A stretch of 64,000 nucleotides of DNA from positions 202,864,001 to 202,928,000 of the forward strand of contig OX597815.1 in the NCBI GenBank assembly GCA_951406725.2, in the 5' to 3' direction. Of the stretch, positions 51,990-64,000 are shown in pieces. The notes under the pieces were generated by a model. The model made no database searches and was not told where the DNA came from. It saw nothing but the letters and a program-made list of their open reading frames with translations. The position numbers were made by a program, and so were the translations under genes. The number at the start of each line of letters is the position of its first letter. The first letter of the stretch is position 1. Origin of the DNA: Octopus vulgaris (Eukaryota).

Positions 51990-52450
51990 ACCTGCTGCAT
52001 TGAAATCTACCGTCACTAATTGGATTCTGTATACTACCAATACAAATAGGATAAACTTATTCTTACACTTGGAGGATGAGTTTCACAAGAAATAGAGAAC
52101 AGCAATGAAGCGCCAACAGTGGCTCAAGAGAAATGTTTAGAAGGAAATAAAAATGCATCGAAAGATATCTCAAAATAGCTGGGCTAAAAGCAGAAATAGA
52201 AGGTAGGACTTTAGCATCAATTCCTAGTCCACAAGGAATAATGAATGAAATAACAACTATTCGGAAATTAATAAAATAGGGTTATTAGGAGGAATAACAG
52301 AATACACCCACATATATAACCGAAGATTTAGCTGTATTCACAAACGGATGTGTAAATGGTTGGACATGATATATGATACTTAACATATCCCAAAGTCAGT
52401 CTATATCATTATTCAGTCTACGCTAAAATAATTGATCAACGTTATCCATT
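51990..52450 (+). mobile_element. Highly degraded R4/Dong-like LINE fragment
   Basis: AGLKAEIEGRTLAS at about 52178-52220 resembles the Dong-type GLK.ETEG.I.AAQ motif. Confidence 0.4.
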
Positions 52451-54899
52451 CAGAAAACATGATCAAAGAGAACCATGGGAATATATATTCAGCTGAACAT
52501 TCTGGTTACTTGTTACAAATCATCTTCAAAGAAGGGGATCAAAAGTATCAATGCACATTTATCCGAAACAGAACTATGTCTGCATCACAAAGATTGACCA
52601 TCTTCTTAAAGGACAGAAAATAACGAAAATCCTCTTGCCAACTACTAATATTCCACAATGCTGAAATTGAATCTATATGTGAGAGAGCTATGATGCTATT
52701 CATATTGAAATCTTATACCATATCGAAAGACCTGTCACGTGTCCAACTGATATCGAAATTACTATACAAAACACGTGTGTCTACTCCACATAAAATCTGT
52801 TGCATATCCTTACATTTTCTACTCCATCTGTTGTGGACTCCGCTCCATAATGCCAACCACCCCAGCGCCATCTCCATTTACAAATGCCTAACTCACTTGC
52901 CTCTCCTCCATGTATCACCTAAATTCTGTTCACAACCTGCCTCTGCGCTCAACGCAGTTCCTAATGACTGCGTTCCAGAACGTCATCTTTATGGAATTCA
53001 TACCTAACAGATTTTTTACCCTACAACAGTCGCATTACAATTATTGAGGAAAAGCATTAAGCACGTTGTGTTGGCGGGCAGGTGAACGCTTGGTGCACAG
53101 CCCCATCTCCCGAAGCAATCCAAATGAAACGACCACCAACAACAATTAGTGCTCTGGATATGAGAAAAAGAGCATGAAACAAGATCATAAACAAACATGG
53201 TTTACAACTTTACATAGAGTCCAAAAAATATCCCTTATAGAAACATACATCTTATGATATACATATTCAGTTAAGTATATCGGCGGAGGCAGCTCTTTCT
53301 ACTTTAGCACATATTATGCATGTTCTACTCAACCGGCCCCAATAATTTAACTTTACTTACAGCCTATATTCCTTAGAAAGAGACTAATAAGAAAAAATAT
53401 TACATTTGTTTTCTGAACCATGTTAATACACAAAAAGAAGAAAAGGAAACAGAATAATTGCATAAAGCTATTCTATAGAAAAAGAAAACAGTAATCAGAC
53501 GCTGGTGTAGTCATCAGATAAGAAAATATCAGGAAATTGAACAAGAATGATTGTTTAAACGCAAGTTTCTTGAAATCGTAACAGCAAGTATATATCGATA
53601 AACATTAAACGGTAATTTGTTTATTGCATGTCTTGGAAAATGAATATAAAACATAAAATAAGGAAAGGCGTTTTGATTGGCCTGTTGTGTATCCGGTTCA
53701 ATGTGTACTGCCAGAGCGTCTGATTTGCTTTAAAGACGTTTTTAATGTAAAAAAAAACTCTTAATAAAATAGAACACCCAGAAGATCGTTTACGTTAAAT
53801 CATATTTGCGTTGACATGCACTGTTATGTGTGAGTGTGAGTGTTTGTGTGTTTGTGTGTATCCGTGTGTGTAAGTGGGTGAGTGCGTGTGTGTGAGTGTG
53901 TGTGAATATGTCTATGAAGACTGGGTATCTGTGCGTGTCTCCGTGTTTATCCATCTACATAACCTTATTTAGTAAATATACGTGCATATACATATACACG
54001 CACTCAGAGACATATATATATATATACATAAATATATATAAATGCATAGAGAGAAAGACAAGTGGTAATTCTATAGCATTTTGCCAGAAATAATGTATGT
54101 TCGATTTCTGAACTTTTAATGATATTTTCAAGGAAGAAAATCGAAGATACTTCACTAATATTGTCTTCTACATGTCAATAACTCTCATCTTTGAAAGATT
54201 CTACCGAACATATATATCACGTACAATCTTGTATGGTGCGTTAATAAGAGGTCCTGGTGTCTGCTTTCTATTAGGCTACACTCCTGTGAACTTCAGGACA
54301 TTCATACATTAATTAAATGCATTCCTTTTCTTTCTTTTCTTCTTCACGTAATCTAACAAGATTAGTTTCTTCTCGTAATCTAACGAGATTAGTTCTGTTA
54401 AGCAACTCCTGTATAGAATTAGCATAAACCAGAAATCTCCAAACACATACTAATCTGGGCAAGACCAGTGATTTACAGAATTTGCTATATTTCTCATTGA
54501 CACTCCTTCTGATGTGGCTACTCGTGGACTTCTACAGAATTCAAAGATGAACGTATCACTGGCTACATAAGCTACGTGGTGTGCACTGTGAGCACCTGAA
54601 ATCATCCCAGATATCAGGAACCCGAGTTTGGTTTCATCTTGACACCGGTGTGCAGCGCCATCAAAGAAATAAATTTCGCAAAATGTACTCCTCAAACGAC
54701 TAGTAAACATTATCACCGTCAAGAAACGGTGGATGCTAATGTAATTGCAAATTTGTTGGGTTGGGTGATAAGATAAAGACAAAAAAGGGACCAACGGCCT
54801 GATGGTAAAGATGGATAAAGGAAGATCAGCAGGTAAATAATCAGGACCAATGGTAATAGAGTCAATATTAGTACGCAGAAAATGTATGTAGATAAGAGG

Positions 54900-56300
54900 A
54901 TATGTATAACGCAGGAGAAAAGGAATCGGGACAACATCGAAAGAAATAACGTACAGAGTAATGGCATAAGATACCAAAAACAGAAAATACAAAGATAGAA
55001 ACAACCAATATAAGGAAAATCGTCATTTTCAGTTAAACCGGAAAAGACTAATAGATATTTTGAAGGATATGAGAGAAATAATAGTATAAGAGCAAGGCTT
55101 GAAGAAAGCAGATTATTTGGAAAACTGGGATAAAATTCCAAATAAAATATTAATAAATGGATAGGAAAGAGGATTTCCCAAATAACCTCTTTGCAGATTA
55201 AGCAAAAAATAAAGCTGATGAAACCTATACAACGGAAACGAAAAGAGAAAATATGAATAGACTTTTATTAATGAACGATTTAAGCTTTGTGGCTAAGAGA
55301 AAAACCAACTTAACTCTTTGTGCAAATGTTATATTTAGTAATTTTCCTTTGATGGATTTGGGAATCGAGAAATGGACTATGATAGGGATGAATCGGTGAA
55401 AATGGATAAAAAGTCATAGAAAAAATCTAGCGATGAGATCATTAAATCGTTAACTGCATTAGAAATATCCAGAAATGCTGGAAATTAAAGTGTAGAAATG
55501 AAGGAAAACCTCAGTAAAAATATTTTTGTAGAATGAAGAAACTAGAATTCACATAAAATGCGAGAAAATCATGCAGTGAACTGTGACAAGTGTCCCCGAT
55601 CCAGTATAGAGCAAGAGCGATTGTATGAAGAACCAATGATCTGAAGAATAAAGACAAGAAAACAAGGAAACAGAAGTATGTTTTCCAAATCTGATATGCA
55701 CAATCTAAGAAGAAAATACTGAAAATACAAAAATCAACTTTTCAAAGAAATATACTTCCGCTAGCACTTTTTATGAACTAAGGCTGGAAACGGACTAGGG
55801 AAGAAAACAAATCCTGAAGGTGTCATTTTGGTAGCGCAGGAGGAGACCTGAAGGCTAAATAGAATGAAAAGTGTGATAGTTCAGCAGGTCTGTTGGTCCA
55901 AATATTGAATATGATGATTCAGATGAGACTATAACTGACACTGAGCTGGAATGACCACAGTCAACTCAGAAGAAATACACAGTGACGCTAAGAATACAGA
56001 AATAATCAATGGAATATGAAAACAAATTTAAAGTTGAAATATTGAAATATTTCAAAACGATGAACGATATTTCTATTAGCCAACAAAAGACCACTCAAAA
56101 GATAAATATTAATGGTATATAACTGCACAAATAATAAAGTCAGAGACATTTGATTCTTATGAATAAAGAGGAACCATATATTTGGTACTGCACAATCCAC
56201 GTGAAAGTATTGCACATAGATTTAATTAATATTACTCAATATAGCGTTCATCGATTAACATCTTCTGGAAACATACCATTATAATGTACTGAGCTGAAAA
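54900..56300 (+). mobile_element. Highly degraded R4/Dong-like LINE fragment
   Basis: PEGVILVAQEET at about 55813-55850 resembles ETEGLIIAAQDQ. The sense strand is purine-rich. Boundaries are approximate. Confidence 0.45.
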
Positions 56301-57481
56301 TATGCGTAAACATAAAGTAGGTACAGACAGAAATAGCTGAAGTAACAGTAAGTACATTGCACTTAAATGTTGTGCATGGAAGGGCCCCACTAAGGATAAA
56401 AACAGAACAAAATCTATCGCGCCCAGGCAGAACCTGAGCATTTCCCTTGCGGTTATTCGATGCTACAGACGATAGTGAATAAATATAAATAATCTAGACT
56501 GTTGGGATGATGCATATCCAGGCTATAACACAGCAGTGCATAGGATGCATCAATTCCCATGGCTATGTGCTGTATAGTCTTCGTATGCATGGACATGTAG
56601 AATATCTCAAACAATATTATTGTGGGTTGCATAATTCAATTAGATAGATATTCAGCCTACGTGACATATGCTTAATTGATGAGAACTGCTTAAACTCTAC
56701 ATATCAACCACAGTGTTCGAGGTACCGTGGTAGATGCGTGGTCACCGAAAGTAATAAATAATGAATGGATTAGACCAGATAACAAATACAAAAGCAACGA
56801 ATGAATCTTATATATTTCTTAGAGACAAAATATCAACGAAATATAGTGATGTGTACTTTCTAACCGATATCTACAAAACATCTGCAGCTTGGATTTAATG
56901 AAAATATTAGTGGACCAATATTGAAACGAAATGATATGAATTTAAAGATATGTCAGTGGAGTACAAAATAAACATAATCAATGTGATCACTCAAATAAGC
57001 CATACGTATTATATAGATAATGAATCGTGTATCTATTTTATCAATCATAATTGGTTAGCAGTCTTTCAAAAACCAATTTCCACAATGTTGACAACTTGTT
57101 AGATTCAGTCAGAATCATTGAAAATGTGTATGTATACTTATGTCTGCGCGATTGAGTTTGCAAAGATACATATATACACAATATATATGTTTGCATGTTT
57201 GTACATATATATGAATGTATTTCATAATAAATATATTTATATCACATATGCTATCTTTTCTTCCCACTTACGCTAAATCAATTTATCTGTTATTATTCAT
57301 TTGAAATGTTTATAAGACAATTGACTCTGTCTAATGTAATGTTACTAAAATGGCAAATTAAGAAATAGCACTAATGAAACTAAGTATTATTTGTATATTT
57401 GCGAGCTTATCCTGACGTCAAACAAACCTTATTATTAGATCTATAATGTTACTATTTAGACATATACGATATATGTATATG

Positions 57482-57545
<64 letters not shown>

Positions 57546-57960
57546 AATATATGACCAATATAGAATCTTATAAGATACGAAAGCTTTCTTCAGAATACTA
57601 AAAGCAAACCAATGCAATCAATGTAGTTCTAATAATATATATTTGAAGACGTCTTTCATTGTGCTCTTATGATCTAAAGTATACAGAAAAATATTGAGGT
57701 CTATAATATTTGATTCAGACTTACAGTTAATATCAAAATATTTTACCATATGTATTTCTAAAGCGGGAATAAAATTTCTTGATAATTTAGTTTTGTAACA
57801 TGGGTTGTATTTATAATAAAGCTGATTCTAGAAGGCATTATGATTTCTAATAAATTCCTGCAAAAAAACAGAACATAAATCAGCCGCACACCCAAATTAA
57901 ATTCTTTCCAGTTCACTACACTCATAAGAGAGCGGTTGTGAGGTACATATTTGAGTGAAA

Positions 57961-58149
57961 AGGTGGTGAGCTGGCAGAATCGTTTGCATGCTGAACAAAA
58001 CCTTGAGTTCAAATTCCGCCGAGGTCGACTTTGCCTTTCATCATTTCGGGGTCGATAAATCGAGTAACAGTTGCGTGCTGGAGGTCGATCTAACTGATTA
58101 ACCCTCTTCCCCAAAATTTCAGGTCTTGTGCCGATAGTAGAAAGGATTA
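57961..58149 (+). mobile_element. SINE family B
   Basis: Reads AGGTGGTGAGCTGGCAGAATCGTT...GAGTTCAAATTCCGCCGAGGTCGACTTTGCCTTTCATC. Confidence 0.85.
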
Positions 58150-59188
58150 TTATTGGGGTGGAACTGGAATTCAAGTTTTTAATTTTGGAACTCAAATACG
58201 CAGATGCAGACTTTATCTTTCTTCATTCTGTAGTCGATAAAGTTACTGTGAAGTACAAAGGTTGATGGGTTTTTTCCGGCCCTCTCACTTAGAATTGACT
58301 ACCAAAAGCGACAACCAAAGAAAACCAGGACGAATCATTCACAAAGTCATTTTTCTAAAGAAGAGGCTGACTTATTCGAGATGTACCAAACTTTTCTCAT
58401 TTTGGATGCTGAAAATAAGAGAAAAGAACAAGGGAACAAGTTTGGGCATGGGAACAAGTGTGTTATTCAACACAGTCACTTCACAAGGACATTAATATCA
58501 TATTAGAAGCAACATCACATATACATACTTTTTAGGTTAGAAGAATATAAATACTCATATAATTCAACTATCACCTTTAGATATGCCAGTATATATCATA
58601 TTATAGTATTGCTGACGTCAGCAAATATAGTTTAGAAGGTTTGTAATATATTTTTCGATTAGCACTTGCTAAATGTCTACAATATTTCCTTGCACGCAAG
58701 CTCGATGGCAATTAAAAGGCATTGAAATGGAAATTGAGTAGAAACGTTAAAATATTAAGAGCCTAAATGTATCAGTTACGGGCAACATTTGCACCTTCGT
58801 TAATTTTATTGGTAATTATTTCAACCATAAACTGATATTAAATTCGAAACAGTAATTTAAGCTGAAACATTTCTAAACATAATAATAGAGGAAAACTAGA
58901 ATCCATGCTGCGAGCTTTATGAGTACATATACATACACACATTTACACACACACAAGCACACGCACTCACATACACACACATATAGATACTTAGAAACAT
59001 ATATATGTGTGTGTGTGCGTGTGTAAATGTTTATATGCATATATATGTATGTATATATGTATGTGTGTATATATATATATATATATATTTAAACATAATA
59101 AATAAAATTAGGGTAATAAGAATTATAGAAATTTTTTATTACCAGTGGCCTAGCGCAAAAACATTTAGTCAATTGACTATATATTATT

Positions 59189-59361
59189 CATATAAAATGT
59201 CGTGTACATTAAAACACATTAAGTAGCTTCCATCTTGCTCTAGAAAGAGCAGTAAACAACTCAAGCCACTAATTAGGGATGTTTACTGCTCTTTTCTAGC
59301 GTGAAACTTTCCTATGATGGAAGTCTCTTAATGAGTTTTAATGTACACGATATTTTATATG
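59189..59361. repeat. Long imperfect fold-back (nested inverted repeats), probably PLE pLTR-derived
   Basis: 59189-59234 pairs with 59316-59361, and 59240-59258 pairs with 59280-59299. Confidence 0.82.
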
Positions 59362-59389
59362 TATATATATATATACACACACACAAAAA

Positions 59390-59427
59390 CTGTCCGATGA
59401 ACGGCAACGGGAAACTCAGTGTAACAG
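59390..59427 (+). ncRNA. Minimal hammerhead motif with U4C core and damaged stem II
   Basis: Reads CTGT-CCGATGA-ACGGCAACGG-GAAA-CTCAGTG-TA-ACAG. Confidence 0.6.
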
Positions 59428-59457
59428 GTTTTGTTGAATTTTCTGCTGCTTTAAATA

Positions 59458-59531
<74 letters not shown>

Positions 59532-60923
59532 ATGAATGGACGGGTGGATGGATTCTTTTGTATAGGCACATAGTCCAATGGTTAGATGGTTGCACTCACG
59601 ATAATGCGATCATGGTTTTGATTCTCAGACCATGCAACGTACTCTGATCTCGTGTAGAGCACTTAACATTTTGCTCTTCTGTGGACACATCGTGTACCTA
59701 TACAAGTAATGTCAGTCAATATAATCAAACAATCTGTACAGGTTGTGCTGAAGGATGTTGCGGAACACTTCATCTATTGCCTACTATAAAGTCCACTCTA
59801 TATAACTCTTATTTATTTCCTTTTAGTATTTACCTCTCCACATCTGTTGGGCTGCAGCCATGCGGCCATACGAGGTCCAAGTCTTGAAGTATACAGTCAA
59901 CATTTATCTAAGTTGTTGTCAGAGTTAAATCTTCTACTAATTTTATTGAACTCTATTGCATCTTAAGTTACTGGTTATTGGTAAATAAGGAGAAAGGAAG
60001 AAAATACATATACCGTCCTTTAGAAACCCACAAGTATGGTTATTTTCACTATTTTGGTCTTCTAAATTCCTCTCAGAATCTAGCTTCGACATGAGTATAT
60101 AGTAAAAGTCATTTTCTCGAGGTTTCAGACAGTGAAACCGGAACCCTAAAATGTAGGTTGAGAAGTGAATCTTTGAACCCTATAGCAATGTCTTTGCATA
60201 GATATACATGGATACATATACTTGAGTTCGTGTTTGGGAGATATGCGTGTCTGTGTGGCTATCTATGCTTGTGTGTCTCCATTTGTGACCAACTGTTTAG
60301 AGGTATTGGGCTCACGATCACAAGGTAGCGCTCTCAGTTTGAGCCCGTGATGTACATCATTTCAAAAGTACATCATTTCAATATGGTTTTGTTTGATCCG
60401 CTCACACGGCCCCTCCTCCTTTTCTTTTTCTCTTTCTCTCTCTCTCTCTCTCGATTTATCTATCTATACTTATCTTGCTCTCTCTCTCTCTCTCTCTTTA
60501 TCCCTCTCTCTCTCTCTTTCTATCTCTGCTTATTTCACCGATTCAAGGACTGAGCGAGTATCTATGTCTCCTCGTGTCTATACAAACACCTAAAACGAAT
60601 ACAGTTAGCATGATGCTCGGTGGCAACTAATAATTCAGCTTTTTACACATATATCTGGGTAAGAATATGTGTGTGTGTTCGTGTGTGTACATGTGTGTGA
60701 AACTGTGTGTGTGTGTGTTTGTTTTTGTGTGTGTGAGCGCGTACGAGTATTTCAGTGCATGTGTTATGTGAGTGCATCTCATGTGTAACATTTCATCAAA
60801 TTATTTTTGCCTTATGATATTTAAGATTTAGGAAGAGTCTTATCTGTTGTTGTTCGTTAATTAAACTAATCTCGTAAGAAATATCTTAATATATTAAATA
60901 CTAACCCAGTGCATCATCTATAA

Positions 60924-61104
60924 CACTGGGCAACAGAAAACGATTTATTGTCTGTTACCCTCACAAATGCTGCTCTACTAAACTAAATCGAGTACGCTGA
61001 TTCCAAATCTGATATCAGAATTGCTGTAGAACGTCAGGAGTTTTTTTTGTTGTTGTCGTTGTTGTTGTTGCTGATGTCACTGCTTGGAATCGAACTCGGA
61101 TAAT

Positions 61105-61163
<59 letters not shown>

Positions 61164-62333
61164 CAACAATAATAATAATAACAACAACAATAATAACATC
61201 GAAAAATACCTTAGGAATGAGAACATAGGTTCGAAATTTCCCCAAGACACCTCATGAAGGCTGGAGGGTATATCAACCGAAACGGTGTGTTAACAACAAA
61301 CAAATATCCGTCAAATGTAAATAATGTAAATAATCTACATAATTCCTCGTCTCTTAGATATAGAACTGAGTTCCAAAGATTCAAAAGTTTCTTCCATTCC
61401 GACTACAAGACCCATAGGAAAGAAAGGTTTTTTCACTACCATTATGTGAGAACACAGTTTTGAGGCTAACCTTACTCGAGTCTATAAACAATCTCCACAT
61501 GCCACATGCATGCGTCCACTTGCATTCCACAAGCATGCGTCCAAGTTTTTGCCTGTACATTAACGTCAGTAGAGAAACAAACATCATTTTCTTGCTTGAA
61601 AAAGACAGATACGACTTTATGGCGAGAAAGGAACATTTTCGTACCTTGCTGTAGGATTTTCTGTATGAGGTTTTTGGATCCCAGGACTTCTGCTCTCTCG
61701 TTTGACAATTCTAGGTCTCTTACTAAATCGTTCAGATCTTATTGATTAAACAAGCCTTGCTCATTTTTCTTCGAAATCAACTACATACTCTTCGTCGATA
61801 GGAGAGTCTGTGGATTCACCGTGTGACGTGTCAAGATTTTCAAGTGAAGCATGTGAGAGGGAAACTGGGACAAGTTTCTCGAAGTCATGTGGACCGGTAT
61901 TAGAGCCGACTTACAATCTACATACACAATTTTTACTTTGGTTTTCTTTGCGAAACCACTAATATTAGTTATGCAACGTATACCACACTTGACGGCAGCG
62001 CAAACAAAACTGAGAGTTACCAAGAACAAAGTAACGCATTTTGCATTGCACACAATACGTCAGCGCCATCTATTGCTAAACTACATAATGAACTTTTTCA
62101 TAGTTTGTTTTATTGTGCTATTTCTTTAATTTTGAATTAAGACTGCTTTCATTTTAGCAAATTTGATGTTACGGCCTATATCTCGCCGAAAGTATAGTTA
62201 TAATCTTGCGCATGCGCATAACTCATAATTCTGAAATGCTAGACCAATTCTGAGTGCGGGTTCGGAACTAGTATCCCCAATTTAGTCAAAAAATACATGC
62301 TTTTACACCAGTAGCAAATTCTTTGTTGCCTAG
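60924..62333 (-). mobile_element. Chapaev3-like (CMC/EnSpm group) DNA transposon remnant
   Basis: Minus strand reads CITNISGFAKKTKVKIVY, DLNDLVRDLELSNERAEVLGS and WRLFIDSSKVSLKTVFSHNG, resembling Chapaev3 transposase motifs. Termini are CACTGGGCAACA (60924) and TGTTGCCTAG (about 62324-62333). Confidence 0.72.
61246..61291 (+). ncRNA. Degenerate minimal hammerhead motif in a short repeat nested in the Chapaev3-like element
   Basis: Reads GACAC-CTCATGA-A-GGCTG-gagggtatat-CAACC-GAAA-CGGT-GTGTT. The core has G5C and the cleavage site is mutated. Confidence 0.6.
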
Positions 62334-62748
62334 GCGCAGGAGTAGCTGTGTGGTAAGTAGCTTGCTAACCAACCACATGGTTCAGGGTTCAGTCCCACTG
62401 CGTGGCATCTTGGGCAAGTGTCTTCTGCTATAGCCCCGGGCCGACCAATGCCTTGTGAGTGGATTTGGTAGACGGAAACTGAGAGAAGGCTGTCGTATAT
62501 ATGTATATATATATATATGTGTGTGTATGTGTTTGTATGTCTGTGTTTGTCCCCCTAGCATTGCTTGACAACCGATGCTGGTGTGTTTATGTCCCCGTCA
62601 CTTAGCGGTTCGGCAAAAGAGACCGATAGAATAAGTACTGGGCTTACAAAGAATAAGTCCCGGGGTCGATTTACTCGACTAAAGGCGGTGCTCCAGCATG
62701 GCCGCTTTCAAATGACTGAAACAAGTAAAAGAGTAAAGAGTAAAGAGT
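62332..62748 (+). mobile_element. SINE family C, full length
   Basis: tRNA-like head (GGCGCAGGAGTAGCTGTGTGGTAAG...GGGTTCAGTCCC), CORE-like segment, internal TA/TG tract and (GAGTAAA)n tail. Confidence 0.9.
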
Positions 62749-63186
62749 AGTGGAATCAACAACAAAATATTTTTAACGGTCAGCTTTATTCACAAACGGT
62801 CAGTTGAGCTAAATTGGGACTGTCAACACGGTCATTAGGCCTTCCATATATTGCAGGCAATACTCCATGAAATGAAACATGTTTAGATAGTGGAATTGCA
62901 CAATTATGGTTACATTTGAAACACCTTCGCGAAACTTTATAAAACGGATCGTCGACTAATACCCACTGTATTCTAATTTTGTTTCGTTTTTTTTTGTCGT
63001 ATTTTGAATTTGTTGTTTTTATTTGTTTCTTTTTATGTTATTATTCCCCTGTGCTGTAAGTGGGTTACTTGTTCTGGCGGTGTGCTAGGTTTGTCGATAG
63101 AATTTTTGTAAAATTTACTGTCGATACCCTTGTCAGTGTTTATCAGAACCAATCTTCTCAAAAGATCAGGGAAGTATTATTAGTTT

Positions 63187-63568
63187 GGAGGCGCAATGGC
63201 CCAGTGGTAAGGACAGCGGACTCGCGGTCATAGGATCGCGGTTTCGATTCCCAGACAGGGCGTTGTGAGTGTTTATTGAGCGAAAACACCTAAAGCTCCA
63301 CGACGCCCCGGTAGGGGTTGGTGGTGAACCCTGCTGTACTCTTTCACCACAACTTACTCTCACTATTACTTCCTGTTTCTGTTGTACCTGTATTTCAAAG
63401 GGCCAGCCTTGTCACTCTCTGTGTCACGCTGAATACCCCCGAGAACTACGTTAAGGGTGCACGTGTCTGTGGAGTGCTCAGCCACTTACATGTTAATTTC
63501 ACGAGCAGGCTGTTCCATTGATCGGATCAACCAGAACCCTCGTCGTCGTAACTGACGGAGTGCTTCGA
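63187..63568 (+). mobile_element. SINE family A head and core with a different 3' tail; 11-bp TSD
   Basis: A box TGGCCCAGTGG and B box GGTTTCGATTCCC. TSD ATTATTAGTTT at 63176-86 and 63569-79. Confidence 0.92.
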
Positions 63569-64000
63569 ATTATTAGTTTAAAATAATGTAATTGTGCTTA
63601 TCGCGGTATGTGTTCGGGTTCTACGCTTTCAAAAAGTTTAAAACTATGGAAGGAGATCGAAGTCATAATCGAAAATTTTAAAAGCAATAAGACAATATTA
63701 TGAAAATCAATTAAATTTATGAAGGAATAAGAATGTTTATAAAACATGGTAATCCTAGAGCCCTGCAAGTTAATATAAAGAGCCATAGAGATATTGATTT
63801 TCTGACCTAGAATTTTTACGAATGATGCATTCAAACAATGCGGCAATATTTTTTTGTACAGCATTCCTTATGCTTCGTAAGATATATTTTCATGAGATTG
63901 TAAGATATTTATAACATTTGCTGCTTGAACCAAAATTTTTCTTGTCATCTCAGAACAATGAATCATGCCTTATATTTAGAAATTAGCTTACATTTTGTGT

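Noticed and set aside
54450-55141. 184-aa and 140-aa hydrophobic minus-strand ORFs
   Set aside because: They are antisense to purine-rich degraded LINE-like sequence, with no recognisable domain or splice context.
55212-55250. CTGATGA...GAAA within degraded LINE sequence (similar strings at 774, 2800, 25081 and 51831)
   Set aside because: There are no supporting helices; such strings are expected by chance or lie in coding remnants.
63187-63260. tRNA gene-like sequences (also at 11686, 62332 and 19392)
   Set aside because: These are SINE heads: no complete cloverleaf, they continue into repeat bodies, and one has a TSD.

Overview
This is AT-rich, microsatellite-dense eukaryotic DNA, most likely from an octopus or other coleoid cephalopod, judged from tRNA-derived SINE heads resembling described octopus SINE families. 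It has no prokaryotic gene structure, and nearly all ORFs in the track are microsatellite or TE artefacts. Most of the window is mobile-element debris: a near-intact 5'-truncated CR1-type LINE, R4/Dong-like, Tx1-like, RTE-like and Penelope-like (PLE) fragments, Tc1/mariner, pogo-like, Chapaev3-like, hAT-MITE and Helitron-like DNA elements, and many SINEs. One convincing host coding exon (18441-18707) encodes a small secreted six-cysteine, Tyr/Asn/His-rich peptide. The strongest hidden signal is a dispersed set of at least 8 minimal type-I hammerhead ribozyme (HHR) motifs in short repeats between microsatellites. Several have non-canonical cores: a G3:C8 swapped core capping a perfect 89-bp hairpin, a recurrent U4C change, and loop-II inserts of about 70-106 nt. 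The window also shows two SINE/LINE 3'-tail partnerships and microsatellite-associated retroelement insertions. All calls were made by eye; no database search or folding program was run.
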